Positions 26,397 to 40,141 are shown, numbered from the stretch's first letter. The stretch is 64,000 nucleotides of DNA from Nemertoderma westbladi (GCA_032718475.1 JAUCBJ010006059.1:17727-81726), one strand, 5' to 3'. Made by a program: numbers and translations. The notes: generated by a model from the letters alone, not told the origin.

Positions 26397-27669
26397 ACAC
26401 GAAGTGGGGCCTTCGCGCAGCACGTGAAATGAGTTAATGCTAAGTATCAACTCGAAAGGATTATAAAAACATAGGAGAAGATTTTCCCGGAAAACGTTAA
26501 CCCTCTAGCGGGAGACTGGGTAACTGAAGAAGGAAGGATTAGTTTCCCTACAAAGCCACATCCTATGGTCTATTACATATCTACCAAGTTTCCGATTGAC
26601 GGATCATAAATAACGAAATGTTGGAAGGTTTTCACTTTCATACATTTAGCCCTCTAGCGGCATATTAAAGAACTACGGATCGATCACCTTCCTCACAAAG
26701 ACGAGGCATGTGGTCTAGTACATACCGGTACTGTATATTCCAAAATTCAGCTTAAATAGATTAAGATCAAGGAATTCGCAAAGGTTATCACTTTCCTACA
26801 TTTCGCCCTCTAGCGGCAGACTCGAAAACTCCGGACCGATTACTGTCCACACAAAGACTTAGGATGTCTTCTAGTACATATATGACAAGTTTCAGCGTAA
26901 TCAGATCATAAACAACTAAATGGAAGAATAATTTCACATTCGGGACATTTCGCCCTCTAGCGGCAGACTGGAGAACTGCAGACAGATTAGCCTCCTTTGA
27001 AATTTACAGCTAATGGTCTAGTACATACTTCCCAAGTTTCAGCTTAAACGGATTAAAAGCAAAGAAATGGGTGGCCATTTAATGTTTAGACATGTGGCCC
27101 TCTAGCGGGAGACTGGAAAACTTCGGACCGATTACAATCCACACAAAGACTCAGGATGTCTTCTAGTACATATATGACAAGTTTCAGCGTAATCAGATCA
27201 TAAACAACTAAATGGAAGAATAATTTCACATTCGGGACATTTCGCCCTCTAGCGGCAGACTGGAGAACTGCAGACAGATTAGCCTCCTTTGAAATTTACA
27301 GCTAATGGTCTAGTACATACTTCCCAAGTTTCAGCTTAAACGGATTAAAAGCAAAGAAATGGGTGGCCATTTAATGTTTAGACATGTGGCCCTCTAGCGG
27401 GAGACCATTGCACTGATGGTGTCTGAAAGTCTCTCAAAAATCTCAACTTTTGCTCATATTGATACCTACAAATTTTCAACTTGGCAGCTTTAAATCCGAC
27501 AAAGTTATTAGCATGTCAAAATCGTAACGACGACGACAACGACGACGACGACAACGACGACGACGACAACGACGACGACGACGACGACGACAACTATTTG
27601 CATAAATTGACCCACCCCCTAACAGTGTCAATTCGCTAAGGCTCCGCCAACTTCGTGGCTCGCCCCACA
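26397..27669 (-). mobile_element. HINE-like element, copy 2
   Basis: Matches 6803-8367 except for one missing 292-bp dimer. Confidence 0.8.
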
Positions 27670-27939
27670 ATAACCCAGCCACGAACTGTTGACAATGGCT
27701 TCAGGGGTATTCCATTAATTACGGGTATGGGTTATCCTTGTATATTGAGAGGCTGCCTTTACGTAAATTCATGAAAGTTGCGGGTAACTACAAATTCTGA
27801 GAAAATTACCGTAGATAATGAGAAATTGGTGGCTGACGATGACGTTATAGATAGCAGCAGCATTGAAAACAAAAATAATTGGTGTTGATATAAAAATTCA
27901 TACTTATGCTATTGGAGAAGAATATCGAGACTTGAAAAA

Positions 27940-28610
27940 TATTGCGAAGAATATCGCGAGTAAAAATATCGAGAGTAAAAATATCGAGAGTAAAAATATC
28001 AAGAATAAAAATATCGAAATTAAAAATATCAAGAATAAAAATATCGAGATTAAAAATATCGAGATTAAAAATTATTGAGAGTAAAAATAACGTGAGTAAA
28101 GATATCGCGAGTAGCTAGTGTTTTTACATAAACTATAGCTGTAAAAGATTTTATTTTTAAAATATAGCATTGTTTATTTTAGTTTCTATGGTACTATAGC
28201 TAGTGTTTTCGTCAGAAGGGGGGGGGGGGAAACTGGACGCCCCTCTCCATCCCTCTCCAGGGGAATTTCAACGCAAATAACAGATGATTACTCTCAAAAA
28301 TAAAACTGTTACCTGTTCTATTGTTCTTAGTTTATTGTTTTGGTTAAAATAACGTGCCCTTGTAACCTGCTCCTTTCCCTAAATTGAGAATTTAACATTG
28401 AGACGGGATATTATTTTGCCAAGGTGGGTTTTGCGCCTAGTTTCCCCCCTGTCTCGTTTTTGTTGGTAGCCAGTGTTTCATTCCAAAAATTATAATAGTT
28501 TTAATTTGGATATTTCCAACCAGCGATATTTTTACTTATTTTTACTTTCGGTATTTTTAATCGCGATATTTTTACTCTCGATATTTTACGAACTCGCGAT
28601 AATGTCGATA
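27940..28610. repeat. (AAAAATATCGAGAGT)n 15-bp repeats with inverted counterparts, probable MITE ends
   Basis: Direct copies at 27940-28110, reverse-complement copies at 28520-28600. Confidence 0.6.
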
Positions 28611-28649
28611 TTTTCAAAAGGCGGCACAGTAATTATTAGCAAAGGTGGC

Positions 28650-30034
28650 ACAGAGATTAATTACCGAAGGCGTCACAGGGATTAATTACCGTCGGCAGGG
28701 GATTAATTACCGAAGGCGGCGCACGGATTAATTACCGAAGGCGGCACAGGGATTAATTACTGAAGGCGGCTCAGGGATTAATTACCGAAGGCGGCACAGG
28801 GATTAATTACCGAAGGCGGCACAGGGATTAATTACCGAAGGCGGTACAGGGATTAATTACCGAAGGCGGCACAGGGATATATTACCGAAGGCGGCACAGG
28901 GATATATTACCGAAGGCGGCACAGGGATTAATTACCGAAGGCGGCACAGGGATTAATTACCGAAGGAGGCACATGGATTAATTACCGAAGGCGGCACAGG
29001 GATTAATTACCGAAGGCGGCACAGGGATTAATTACCGAAGGCGGCACAGGGATTAATTATCGAAGGCGGCACAGGGATTAATTACCGAAGGCGGCACAGG
29101 GATTAATTACCGAAGGCGGCACAGGGATTAATTACCGAAGGAGGCACATGGATTAATTACCGAAGGCGGCACAGGGATAAATTACCGAAGGCGGCACAGG
29201 GATTAATTACCGAAGGCGGCACAGGGATTAATTACCGTCGGCAGGGGATTAATTACCGAAGGCGGCGCAGGGATTAATTACCGAAGGCGGCACAGGGATT
29301 AATTACTGAAGGCGGCACAGGGATTAATTACCGAAGGCGGCACAGGGATTAATTACCGAAGGCGGCACAGGGATTAATTACCGAAGGCGGTACAGGGATT
29401 AATTACCGAAGGCGGCACAGGGATTAATTACCGAAGGCGGTACAGGGATTAATTACCGAAGGCGGCACAGGGATATATTACCGAAGGCGGCACAGGGATT
29501 AATTACCGAAGGCGGCACAGGGATATATTACCGAAGGCGGCACAGGGATTAATTACCGAAGGCGGCACAGGGATTAATTACCGAAGGCGGCACAGGGATT
29601 AATTACCGAAGGCGGCACAGGGATTAATTACCGAAGGCGGCACAGGGATTAATTACCGAAGGAGGCACATGGATTAATTACCGAAGGCGGCACAGGGATA
29701 AATTACCGAAGGCGGCACAGGGATTAATTACCGAAGGCGGTACAGGGATTAATTACCCTAGGCGGCACAGAGATTAATTACCGAAGGCGGCACAGGGATT
29801 AATTACCGAAGGCGGCACAGGTATTAATTACCGAAGGCGGCACAGGGATTAATTACCGAAGGCGGCACAGGGATTAATTACCGAAGGCGGCACAGGGATT
29901 AATTACCGAAGGCGGCACAGGGATTAATTACCGAAGGCCGCACAGGGATTAATTATCGAAGGCGGCACAGGGATTAATTACCGAAGGCGGCACAGGGATT
30001 ACTTACCGAAGGCGGCACAGGGATTAATTACCGA
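28650..30034. repeat. 25-bp minisatellite, KChIP intron 2
   Basis: Unit GATTAATTACCGAAGGCGGCACAGG, about 55 copies. Confidence 0.97.
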
Positions 30035-30499
30035 TGTGCAGATTGGTGGCTTATAGGAGATGGAACGGTTTACATATGATATGATAATAAATCCTACAGA
30101 TTAATTATCACTCCTCCCACAATCCCTGTATAACTCCACATTCACACTATGTGCACAGCTTATAATATGTTATTATTTTAATACGTTCGCTGATGTCGAA
30201 AGATGACAGAATATTTATTAATTTCGAGCTGTTTATCGAATTCGCTGCGATCCAGTTAGAATGACCTACATACCTATTTGTAATGGAAGGAAATACCTGG
30301 AAAACTATATGACATCATCGATCCATTACGCAAGGGTTTGGTATCTCGGTCATCCTTCTCAATATTGTGGAGTTACGTTATTTTATTTTAAATATAAAGT
30401 TAACTGTAATTGTGTCTCGTGGTGATGCCGTATCTGCGATTACAGACAGGGAGAATGGTAAGGGTTGAACCATAGTACATACGGGGTGGGTGGTAATGG

Positions 30500-32152
30500 T
30501 TGAACCGTACCACAGGCGGGAAGGGTTTAACCAGTACAGACGGGAGGATTCAACCAGTACAGTTGGGAGGGTTCAACCAGTACAAACGGGAGGGTTCAAC
30601 CAGTACAGGCGGGAGGGTTCAAACAGTACAGACGGGAGGGTTCAACCAGTACAGACGGGGGGGTTCAACCAGTACAGTTGGGAGGGTTCAACCAGTACAA
30701 ACGGGAGGGTTCAACCAGTACAGGCGGGAGGGTTCAAACAGTACAGACGGGAGGGTTCAACCAGTACAGACGGGGGGGTTCAACCAGTACAGTTGGGAGG
30801 GTTCAACCAGTACAGTCGGGAGGGTTCAACCAGTACAGTCGGGAGGGTTCAACCGGTATAGACGGGAGGGTTAAACCAATACAGACGGGAGGGTTCAACC
30901 AGTACAGTCGGGAGGGTTCAACCAGTACAGTTGGGAGGGTTCAACCGGTACAAACGGGAGGGTTCAACCAGTACAGGCGGGAGGGTTCAACCAGTACAGT
31001 TGGGAGGGTTCAACCAGTACAGTCGGGAGGGTTCAACCAGTACAGTCGGGAGGGTTCAACCAGTACAGTTGGGAGGGTTCAACCGGTACAGTTGGGAGGG
31101 TTCAACCGGTACAAACGGGAGGGTTCAACCAGTACAGACGGGGGGGTTCAACCAGTACAGTTGGGAGGGTTCAACCAGTACAGTCGGGAGGGTTCAACCA
31201 GTACAGTTGGGAGGGTTCAACCAGTACAGTCGGGAGGGTTCAACCAGTACAGTCGGGAGGGTTCAACCGGTATAGACGGGAGGGTTAAACCAATACAGAC
31301 GGGAGGGTTCAACCAGTACAGTCGGGAGGGTTCAACCAGTACAGTTGGGAGGGTTCAACCAGTACAGTTGGGAGGGTTCAACCAGTACAGTCGGGAGGGT
31401 TCAACCGGTATAGACGGGAGGGTTAAACCAATACAGACGGGAGGGTTCAACCAGTACAGTCGGGAGGGTTCAACCAGTACAGTTGGGAGGGTTCAACCGG
31501 TACAAACGGGAGGGTTCAACCAGTACAGACGGGGGGGTTCAACCAGTACAGTTGGGAGGGTTCAACCAGTACAGTCGGGAGGGTTCAACCAGTACAGTTG
31601 GGAGGGTTCAACCAGTACAGTCGGGAGGGTTCAACCAGTACAGTCGGGAGGGTTCAACCGGTATAGACGGGAGGGTTAAACCAATACAGACGGGAGGGTT
31701 CAACCAGTACAGTCGGGAGGGTTCAACCAGTACAGTTGGGAGGGTTCAACCAGTACAGTTGGGAGGGTTCAACCAGTACAGTCGGGAGGGTTCAACCGGT
31801 ATAGACGGGAGGGTTAAACCAATACAGACGGGAGGGTTCAACCAGTACAGTCGGGAGGGTTCAACCAGTACAGTTGGGAGGGTTCAACCAGTACAGTTGG
31901 GAGGGTTCAACCAGTACAGTCGGGAGGGTTCAACCAGTACAGTCGGGAGGGTTCAACCGGTATAGACGGGAGGGTTAAACCAATACAGACGGGAGGGTTC
32001 AACCAGTACAGTCGGGAGGGTTCAACCAGTACAGTTGGGAGGGTTCAACCAGTACAGTTGGGAGGGTTCAACCAGTACAGTTGGGAGGGTTCAACCAGTA
32101 CAGTCGGGAGGGTTTAACCGGTATAGACGGGAGGGTTAAACCAATACAGACG
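30500..32152. repeat. 23-bp minisatellite, KChIP intron 2
   Basis: Unit GGGAGGGTTCAACCAGTACAGTC, about 70 copies, with degenerate longer units at the left edge. Confidence 0.97.
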
Positions 32153-32584
32153 GCTGTTGTTCTGCTATGAACCGGTTTTCTAGAACTGATTATTACGAAC
32201 GATTTTCCAGTTCAGCACGGTGCTTACAAGTTTATTTATCAATATTCCACATATTTTCTAAATTGTGAAGTAGCATCTGCTTCTATCTGTCTTCAACGCA
32301 TAGGCTGAAACGAATAGGTAAGAAAATATGTTCTAATATCCGTTCTTATCCCCATCAGGAAATGAGACTGAGAAAATGTCAGATGCAGTTGACAGTCAGC
32401 CTGTTGTTTTAATATTAAATGAAACTTTATCGGAATGTTTCCATAATAGTTTTCTAAATTGTTACCATGGATTGGATAAGAGTTCACTACAGAGTATGCG
32501 GATGGAAGGGGTTGGAAGTTATAGGTCGGATGCATGCGAGATGGCATGGGCGCAGGACGAAATGAGGAGCGATCGCCATGTGCA

Positions 32585-32968
32585 GGTGTACAAGACTGAG
32601 ATAACTCCCTCTTGAAATGACTCCCCAGTCATCTCAGCCTTAGGCTGAGAACACTCCCCAGTTATATCAGCCTAGGCTGCGAACACTCCCCTTAGGCTAA
32701 GATGACTCCCATTAGGCTGAGTTGACTCCCCTAATTGAGTTATAATTCATATCCGTACCTGTGTTATCTTCGTATTTTGCAAAAATAAAACTGTAACCTA
32801 TGTTATTGAGATTTCGTTTATTGTTTTGGTTAGAAAAGCCCGCCACTGTAACCTGCTCCTTTCCGTTAATTAAGAAATCCAGGGAGATAACTGGTGAGAG
32901 TTCTCAGCCTAGGCTGAGAAGACTGGGGATTCATATTTGGTGGGGAGTTTTCTCAGCCTGTTACACCG
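32585..32968. mobile_element. MITE
   Basis: Imperfect TIRs GGTGTACAAGACTGAGATAACTCCC / GGGAGTTTTCTCAGCCTGTTACACC and internal TAGGCTGAG repeats. Confidence 0.6.
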
Positions 32969-34332
32969 GTCTTTATCCATGATTATTTACTGTGATTACT
33001 CTCAAGGGAAATCTATTTTTATAAAAGTTGATATTATTTGGGGAACCACCGATACTCCGTCGCCTTGTGAGTGAATTTAATGGCCTTAGGTTTATGTTGA
33101 CAGTTGTGCAGTTGGAGTTGATTGTCGTCGCAGTTGGGGCTACCGGTAGAACAAGGAAACGAAACGAAACTAAAATATTTTTAATTTCGTTTCGTCAATT
33201 TCGTTTCGTTCATTGGAACCCATAATCCGGGATAAACCGAGATGGTTGATTACTAGTCGTGCTGCTGTACTTCTTTCTACTGGTAAAGTGCGAAAGTTAA
33301 AACGATTGTTATTTAAGTGCGAAAGATAAAGAGATTAGCTAATGCGAAGTAATTGAGCATAATGCTAATCAGTAAAGTAATTACTTTAGGTTTCACAATA
33401 AACATTAACTTCTATTTCAATATAGAAGAAATTCAATAAATATTTTCCAATTGGGAACTAAAAATACAGCGGTATCACAGCCGTACCTCCAGTTGTCGAC
33501 AACAATACAATCAATATAACCTGGTAAATTCGAATAATCCGTCATTTACAATTCGCCAGAATTCATGCGGAGTAGTATTAATATAACGACGGCTTCATGT
33601 TTGCTATGCGATTCCCTCTCAACCTAGAACAATCGCTATGCCCATTAGCAATCAATCCATGAGGACTCAAATCTAATTTACTTTGCATCCGAGGCTGCCG
33701 TATAGCTAACATTACCGATGCTAATGCTAGTTATACTGTATTATGCGTGATAGCCCGAACGCATTCAATTTTACTGGCCTTTGGGCATTACTAATGCGAA
33801 CTCGCTCATCTGCCATTCATTCATTTCTCCAAATGAAATTAGTATCGTCCGCAGGGCTATTTTACAGTAGATAGATATTTGGCCGTATTGACGTAGATTA
33901 CTCGCCTCTCACCTCCTACATTCGGCATAATATAATATTTATTTTCCTTTTTGGTGATTAGATGTGTGGGTGATCCTTCGATAAGGAACTCTAATGTAAA
34001 GTTATTTTCTATTCTGACTAATTGTCACTAGTTCCTATGTATCCGTTCGGTCGAAGGTTCGAAAGTGGCGCTGCTTCGTCCCGTAATAAATTAAACCAAC
34101 TATTATAGATCCGTAGTGTGCTTCCTGTGTTTGTTTCTCATCTTTGCTTACGCTGTTGCAACCAAACCCCCAGACCTTCGATCTACCCCTTGAACCTGTA
34201 CAGAGTATGGGTCCGAGAATGGGACGAAGGTCCGAAGGTGGCCGTCTGGGTCGTTTTTTTTTACTGTAATTTATAGAAGACAAAGTTTGTTAGAGCCACA
34301 AGCAACAAACATTAGTTATTTATCATCCCATG

Positions 34333-34428
34333 GCGAAGGTCCGAATGACCAGGACGAAGGTCTGAATGACCAGGACGAAGGTCCGAATGACCAGGCAAAG
34401 GTCCGAATGACCAGGACGAAGGTCCGAA
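34333..34428. repeat. 21-bp tandem repeat AGGTCCGAATGACCAGGACGA
   Basis: About 4.5 copies. Confidence 0.8.
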
Positions 34429-35515
34429 TTATGTAGAAATCTTTCTCACACCGTTATGTGAATTATAACTCATGCGAACATGATTTATGAAACTCTCTTA
34501 TTGGCAAACGTATTTAACGAAATTTATACTGAGCAACCTGTTTACATTTACACTGCTTGGATAAGCCTTCATACAAAGAAGAGCATAGAGCAAGGATGGC
34601 CTGTTTGCGATATTCTTGTTTAAATCGATATTTTTCACCGTACTTTCTCCAAATAAACAGTTATCTAAAACAGCGCCAAATATTTAACTCATTCTATCTT
34701 ATGACCTTGGTAATAAATTTAATGGTGTAGGCCTTAGGACAATAGCTTAACATTAGGGGACGTCCACAAATCACGTAACGCAAAGTTGGCCAATTTTTCA
34801 CCCAAAAACTTTCCAACCCTCCACCCCCCTTACAGTTTATTTTACTACAGCGTAGATTTCGTTCGATGCGATACCTTATACAGGAATCGCCCCGCGTAGA
34901 CGAGGAATCTATCCCCCCCCCCCCCCCCCCCCCGTGCAGCGCCACGCTATGGATGGTATCGAACTGAAATAACTTTTTCTCTTAAATCGATACCCGCCTC
35001 GATCTTTTTCAGTGATACAATCTAAACTAGCAGTGGAAGAGGAAGATTACCTCAACAAGTGTCAAACTATATTGTTTAAATTGGATACATATCGGTATTG
35101 TTGCTTCAAATATTCAGGAACTCATATCTAAATAATCTTTCAAATACTAAGACATTCACGCATTCCAAAATCGACTGAACGAATTAATATTTTAAACTAA
35201 GAATAGGTTTCATAAGCATAATACATATATTCCCCATCTGCAGTCAGACAAATTTTATCCAAAACTTCAATTACTCTGTCCAAACTTTAGGCCTATTGAT
35301 GATTTTTACGCCAATATCGAATTCTACGGTAATCCGTAATCGACTATTATAAATAAGATGGTATACGTCCTGTTTTGAAAATAATTTATTATAGTCACAT
35401 TATTTATAAAGCGCCTTAGAGTACATTATTTAGTAGATTTGACGCTCTAAGTGCAATTTTGTTAGTATTATATTGTTATCTTTCAAACTTTGGGTTTATA
35501 AATATTATTTTGCAG

Positions 35516-35662
35516 GGGTTTTTGACTTTCGACGAATTTATTTTGGCGCTTTCCACATTAGCAAGGGGGACAATTCCGGAGAAACTAAAATGGACATTCC
35601 AACTTTATGATCAGGATGGGGACGGATATATTTCCAAAAATGATGTTACAGATGTTACTCAG
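35516..35662 (+). CDS. KCNIP: KChIP exon 3 (end of EF2, EF3)
   Basis: TTTTGCAG acceptor; GFLTFDEFILALSTLARGTIPEKLKWTFQLYDQDGDGYISKNDVTDVTQ; donor CAG|GTGAGT. Confidence 0.93.
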
Positions 35663-36529
35663 GTGAGTTGGGATGTTACAGATGTTACTCAGGTGAGTTG
35701 GGATGTTAAAGATGTTACTCAGGCGAGTTGGGATGTTAAAGATGTTACTCAGGTAGGTTGGGATGTTACAGATGTTACTCAGGTGAGTTGGGATGTTACA
35801 GATGTTACTCAGGTGAGTTGGGATGTTAAAGATGTTACTCAGGTAGTTTGGGATGGTACAGATGTTACTCAGGTGAGTTGGGATGTTACAGATGTTACTC
35901 AGGTGAGTTGGGATGTTACAGATGTTACTCAGGTGAGTTGGGATGTTACAGATGTTACTCAGGTGAGTTGGGATGTTAAAGATGTTACTCAGGTAGTTTG
36001 GGATGGTACAGATGTTACTCAGGTGAGTTGGGATGTTACAGATGTTACTCAGGTGAGTTGGGATGTTACAGATGTTAGACAGGTAGGTTGGGATGGTACA
36101 GATGTTACTCAGGTGAGTTGGGATGGTACATATGTTACTCAGGTGAGTTGGGACGTTACAGATGTTACTCAGGTGAGTTGGGATGTTACAGATGTTACTC
36201 AGGTGAGTTGGGATGTTACAGATGTTACTCAGGTGAGTTGGGATGTTAAAGATGTTACTCAGGTAGTTTGGGATGGTACAGATGTTACTCAGGTGAGTTG
36301 GGATGTTACAGATGTTACTCAGGTGAGTTGGGATGTTACAGATGTTAGACAGGTAGGTTGGGATGGTACAGATGTTACTCAGGTGAGTTGGGATGGTACA
36401 GATGTTACTCAGGTGAGTTGGGATGTTACTGATGTTACTCAGGTGAGTTGGGATGTTACAGATGTTACTCAGGTGAGTTGGGATGGTACAGATGTTACTC
36501 AGGTGAGTTGGGATGGTACAGATGTTACT
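35642..36529 (+). repeat. 30-bp minisatellite made of the KChIP exon 3 / intron 3 junction
   Basis: Unit GATGTTACAGATGTTACTCAG|GTGAGTTGG, 29 donor-position copies. Confidence 0.97.
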
Positions 36530-38600
36530 GCCACATCCCTCGGCGACGCTCACACGTTGCGATCTGGATGCTCTGGTCGCCTACCGCATCATGTCGGCCA
36601 TTGCGGTTCATTATCGCCGAAACCTCTCCTTGCATCCTCTGGGCCGGGTAATGACCCCAGGAACGGAACTGTAATTCAACCCATTATCCAATTACCGTAA
36701 TGATTCGCAGTTGCATTCGATTTACTGATGTACAGTACATGCTTATTTCATCAGTAGATTTTAGATATGATAACTTTTGAAGTTGTCGTGAAATAAATAA
36801 AAATTAGTTCACCGTGCTCTTTTTGCTCGAAATCCGTCAAACAATTTTTTTTAATGTATAAAAATAATCATTGGTCCCCTTAAATCTTTTTGTAAAAAAA
36901 AATGGCTCGTGAGGACTCGGGAATTGTAGGCCTACAATAAAAAGCTAATAAGTAGAACATTTTGAATAAGTCAATATTGGTGTACTTAAAGTTATCAACG
37001 CTGTTTGGTTGATTACTGTATTATCGATATTGGTCAGCCTTACATTAAAATTAAAAGTCATGATTCGATTTAATAACAATTTATATACAATACAAACTCC
37101 TTAGCCGCCCTCTCCACTTTGTTAAGTAGAAGTTGCGCATCTGTTAGCGTATTAGAGGAACTGGTATACGTATGGTCCGTATTAGAGAGCAGGGCGATGT
37201 CATCCCCAAAGTCGGTGTCTGTAACTGTATAAGCAAATACGCCGTTGCTTCTACAATCTTGTAGATATCTACAGGTACAGTAGTACCGGTACAGTAAGTA
37301 GGCCTACCACATTACTGTCGCAGTGGTTTCAGTATCGGCTGACTCGGGAACCATCAACATACTTTTTTTATATCTTTTTTTCGATGTTGACTTTGAATTA
37401 TTGCTTACAAATTCAATAAAATATTATTTCCATTCAGTTTGTCAGTTTTAAAATAAGAAATACAATTTCTCAAATTGATATTTTATAAATCGTAATTTGT
37501 GAATCAAATTTATACTGAGCAATGTTCCTATAATCAAAACTGCCCAATCAGAGAGCAAGACTTGTGATAGCATGATTTTTACATTCTAGAATTTCAAAGG
37601 GCGGTTTACAATTATTATAAACAAAGGACAGACCCCAGGTATGTCAGTTGCAAATGATAATAGTAAATAGCAGCCCAATTTCTACCTGGCGGTTATAATT
37701 GTAAATTATCGTTATACCTGTCACCGGCATGGCACCAGTATCATGTCTAAAACCAAGACCATCGTAATACAAGGCCGGATCACTACATTATAGAATACCT
37801 ATCTATCAGCTGATATAAGAAGTCATACTTTTTGCTTTTGGCATATTATTATTGACGTAGATAAATTACCATTATTTGAAAGTTGCGTCATTCGAGCTGA
37901 CGAAAATAAATGTAATCATATAATATATCAAATTGAAGAAGAAAGGCAGGGCATTACGATGCTTTGTGTCACGTTTGTTTGTTGGGCTTGCAATTGCATA
38001 ATATCCGTTTAATTATTACTAAATATTTCACCTATTTTGCCGTGTTTTATTTAAAAAAACGTAGATAGATGTAGATCGGGAAACTGATTATACTGTGCAA
38101 ATTTCTTCAAATTCTTCGAATAACAACAACAAGTGAAAAATAATAAATAAGTATTGATCAGCTGATCGAGGGGGTGAGCACTGAGCACTGAGCAGGCCTT
38201 GTATTACGATGGCCTTGATCTAACCAACTAAATTAGCATTTAAGAAGTGAAATATTTCCAAAATTATTAGTACACGAGTGGGAAGCGTGGGATTCGTGCA
38301 TCAGAAGCTGCAAACCATCTTATCGAACAATTATAATTATACTATGGCTAGTTATATTGGCTTCCGGCAGTTATATGGCAAAGACTTTTGGAAAACGGCC
38401 ATCGCCATAGTATACAGTAATTATAACGGTTCGCTGATGGGATGGCTCGCATTTCGGACTCGCCCCACAGGAATCATTGAAAACCGGCTCATGTCCCTCA
38501 TGCCCTTGTATCTTAATTCAGGTTTGATGTAGGCCTTTTAAATACATAAATGTTGGCCCTATCAGTAAATCAAAGATATATTTTTCTACAACTTTTACAG

Positions 38601-38801
38601 GCGATGTACAACATGCTCGGAAAACACACCGTTCCACCAATATACCACGATGCTATTGAAGATAACGTCCGGTTATTATTTGATAAATTTGAAAAGGATT
38701 ATTACGTTGAAAGAATAAGCGAGAAGGAATTCATAGAAGGGTGTCTGCGAGATGAAACAATTATTAATTCCATTAATACTTTCGATTCAAGGCTCTGCTA
38801 A
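38601..38801 (+). CDS. KCNIP: KChIP last exon (degenerate EF4); spliced product about 265 aa
   Basis: CTTTTACAG acceptor; AMYNMLGKHTVP..EFIEGCLRDETIINSINTFD* aligns with KChIP AIYDMMGK.TYP..EFIESCQKDENIMRSMQLF. Confidence 0.9.
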   Translation, partial: AMYNMLGKHTVPPIYHDAIEDNVRLLFDKFEKDYYVERISEKEFIEGCLRDETIINSINTFDSRLC

Positions 38802-39261
38802 TAATAATACATGTCATATTGTTAAGATTTTATATTTTCTCGAAATTCCAATATTGTGAAGTACAATTAGCATACTCTGCACTGGCAACTGTTTGTAGAT
38901 TTTTACTAAATGATTATTTTATCTGAAAAATCAAGTTATTTTCACTATATTTTGTAGAAAAATTTTGTAAGAAAGTAATACTTTCGCGCACTATTATTAC
39001 TTTCTACCTTTAAAATAGTGACAGAATGTCTTTCTACCCCTATTTTAGTGGCAGAAAGTACGTCACCTTAGCTCGAGAGCACCGATGCTGTGCTATTTTA
39101 ATTTACAGAGTTCGAGAACCGGTTGCAGCAGCTAATTTTCGTTAATTCGAATCTATAATATTTCAATAAAATTTGATGTGATATAATCACAGCTATGGAT
39201 TTTGTAGTAAGATACGCTAAATACTGCACTTCATACCTGGGGAACCTGATGAAATGACCTG

Positions 39262-39722
39262 GAGAAGTGCCGAAATGACCTTCATAAGGCTCAGAAAGAG
39301 TCCCGACTCAAACAGACTACAGCGGCCAAGAATGCAGTTAAGGCTGCATCTAGGTCCCTGAACAGGCAGTACTCTGTTAATCTACAGGAGCTAATAAACC
39401 AACAGGTTGATGCCATCAATGATGCTGACGACAGCAGGCAATCATCCCAGGCATGGGAATCGATCAACTTGCTTACTGGGCGGAAAAGCCAACCAACCAC
39501 CAAGGTTAAGGCTGAATCACCAGCCGATCGCCTCATTGGAAAGCCCACTTTGAAAAGCTCCTCAATAATGACAGGGTATTGCCTGAAAACTTTATAGAAG
39601 TAAAAGTGTCTGAGTCTGTACTCCCAGATATCCCCATTGGCGATATCTCCTTTGCAGAAGTGAAGGCTGCTGCAAAGAGCATTAAGACCAATCGTGCCAG
39701 TGGAGTAGATGGTGTTCCCCCT
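39262..39722 (+). mobile_element. Internal fragment of the RTE-like LINE
   Basis: Reverse complement of about 43768-44230. Confidence 0.85.
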
Positions 39723-40141
39723 AACTACCACTTGGATACTATCTGTTTAAAATTTCATGCAATCTCAATACGATTTAAAGAAAAAAAACTTTTTTGAGAG
39801 AGAGATGGGTTGTCCTTGAAGTCCTCCAAGTCACTGAATTAGGACACTACATTCTAAGACATTGTGTTTTGTAATGTTCAATTGTTGGATGTGAGGATAT
39901 TCATGAAATTTATAACCATTTATGCAAGAAATTAATTGCAGTTACCACAACAACTGTACGTTAAACAGTCTTACATTATTTATAGTATAGTTATAATTTT
40001 GGACAGAGTAAATACAATAATTTTCTATTTTAAGATTTAGATAGTATCTAACGCTACAATAGTTCCAGAATTACACATTATCCATTTCATTATCTTTGAT
40101 TATTTATAGTTATAACAAGGTACATATAGACAACCTCGACA

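Noticed and set aside
5817-27669. Segmental duplication explaining the repeat-plus-HINE pairing at 6 kb and 26 kb
   Set aside because: The first repeat is inverted while the HINE is direct, and the intervening and flanking DNA is unrelated.
25958-28453. One 2.5-kb element bounded by 165-bp TIRs
   Set aside because: No TSD is visible and the right arm interleaves with another inverted-repeat element (27940-28610); independent insertions are equally likely.
30490-31965. Gly/Gln-rich ORFs
   Set aside because: Products of a stop-poor 23-bp unit that is open in several frames.
18566-32152. Regular 23-45 bp repeats as CRISPR arrays
   Set aside because: Units are head-to-tail with no unique spacers, there are no cas genes, and the context is eukaryotic introns.
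35459-36700. 413-aa ORF as a standalone repeat protein
   Set aside because: It is KChIP exon 3 plus read-through into the donor array, and its start lies in the intron.
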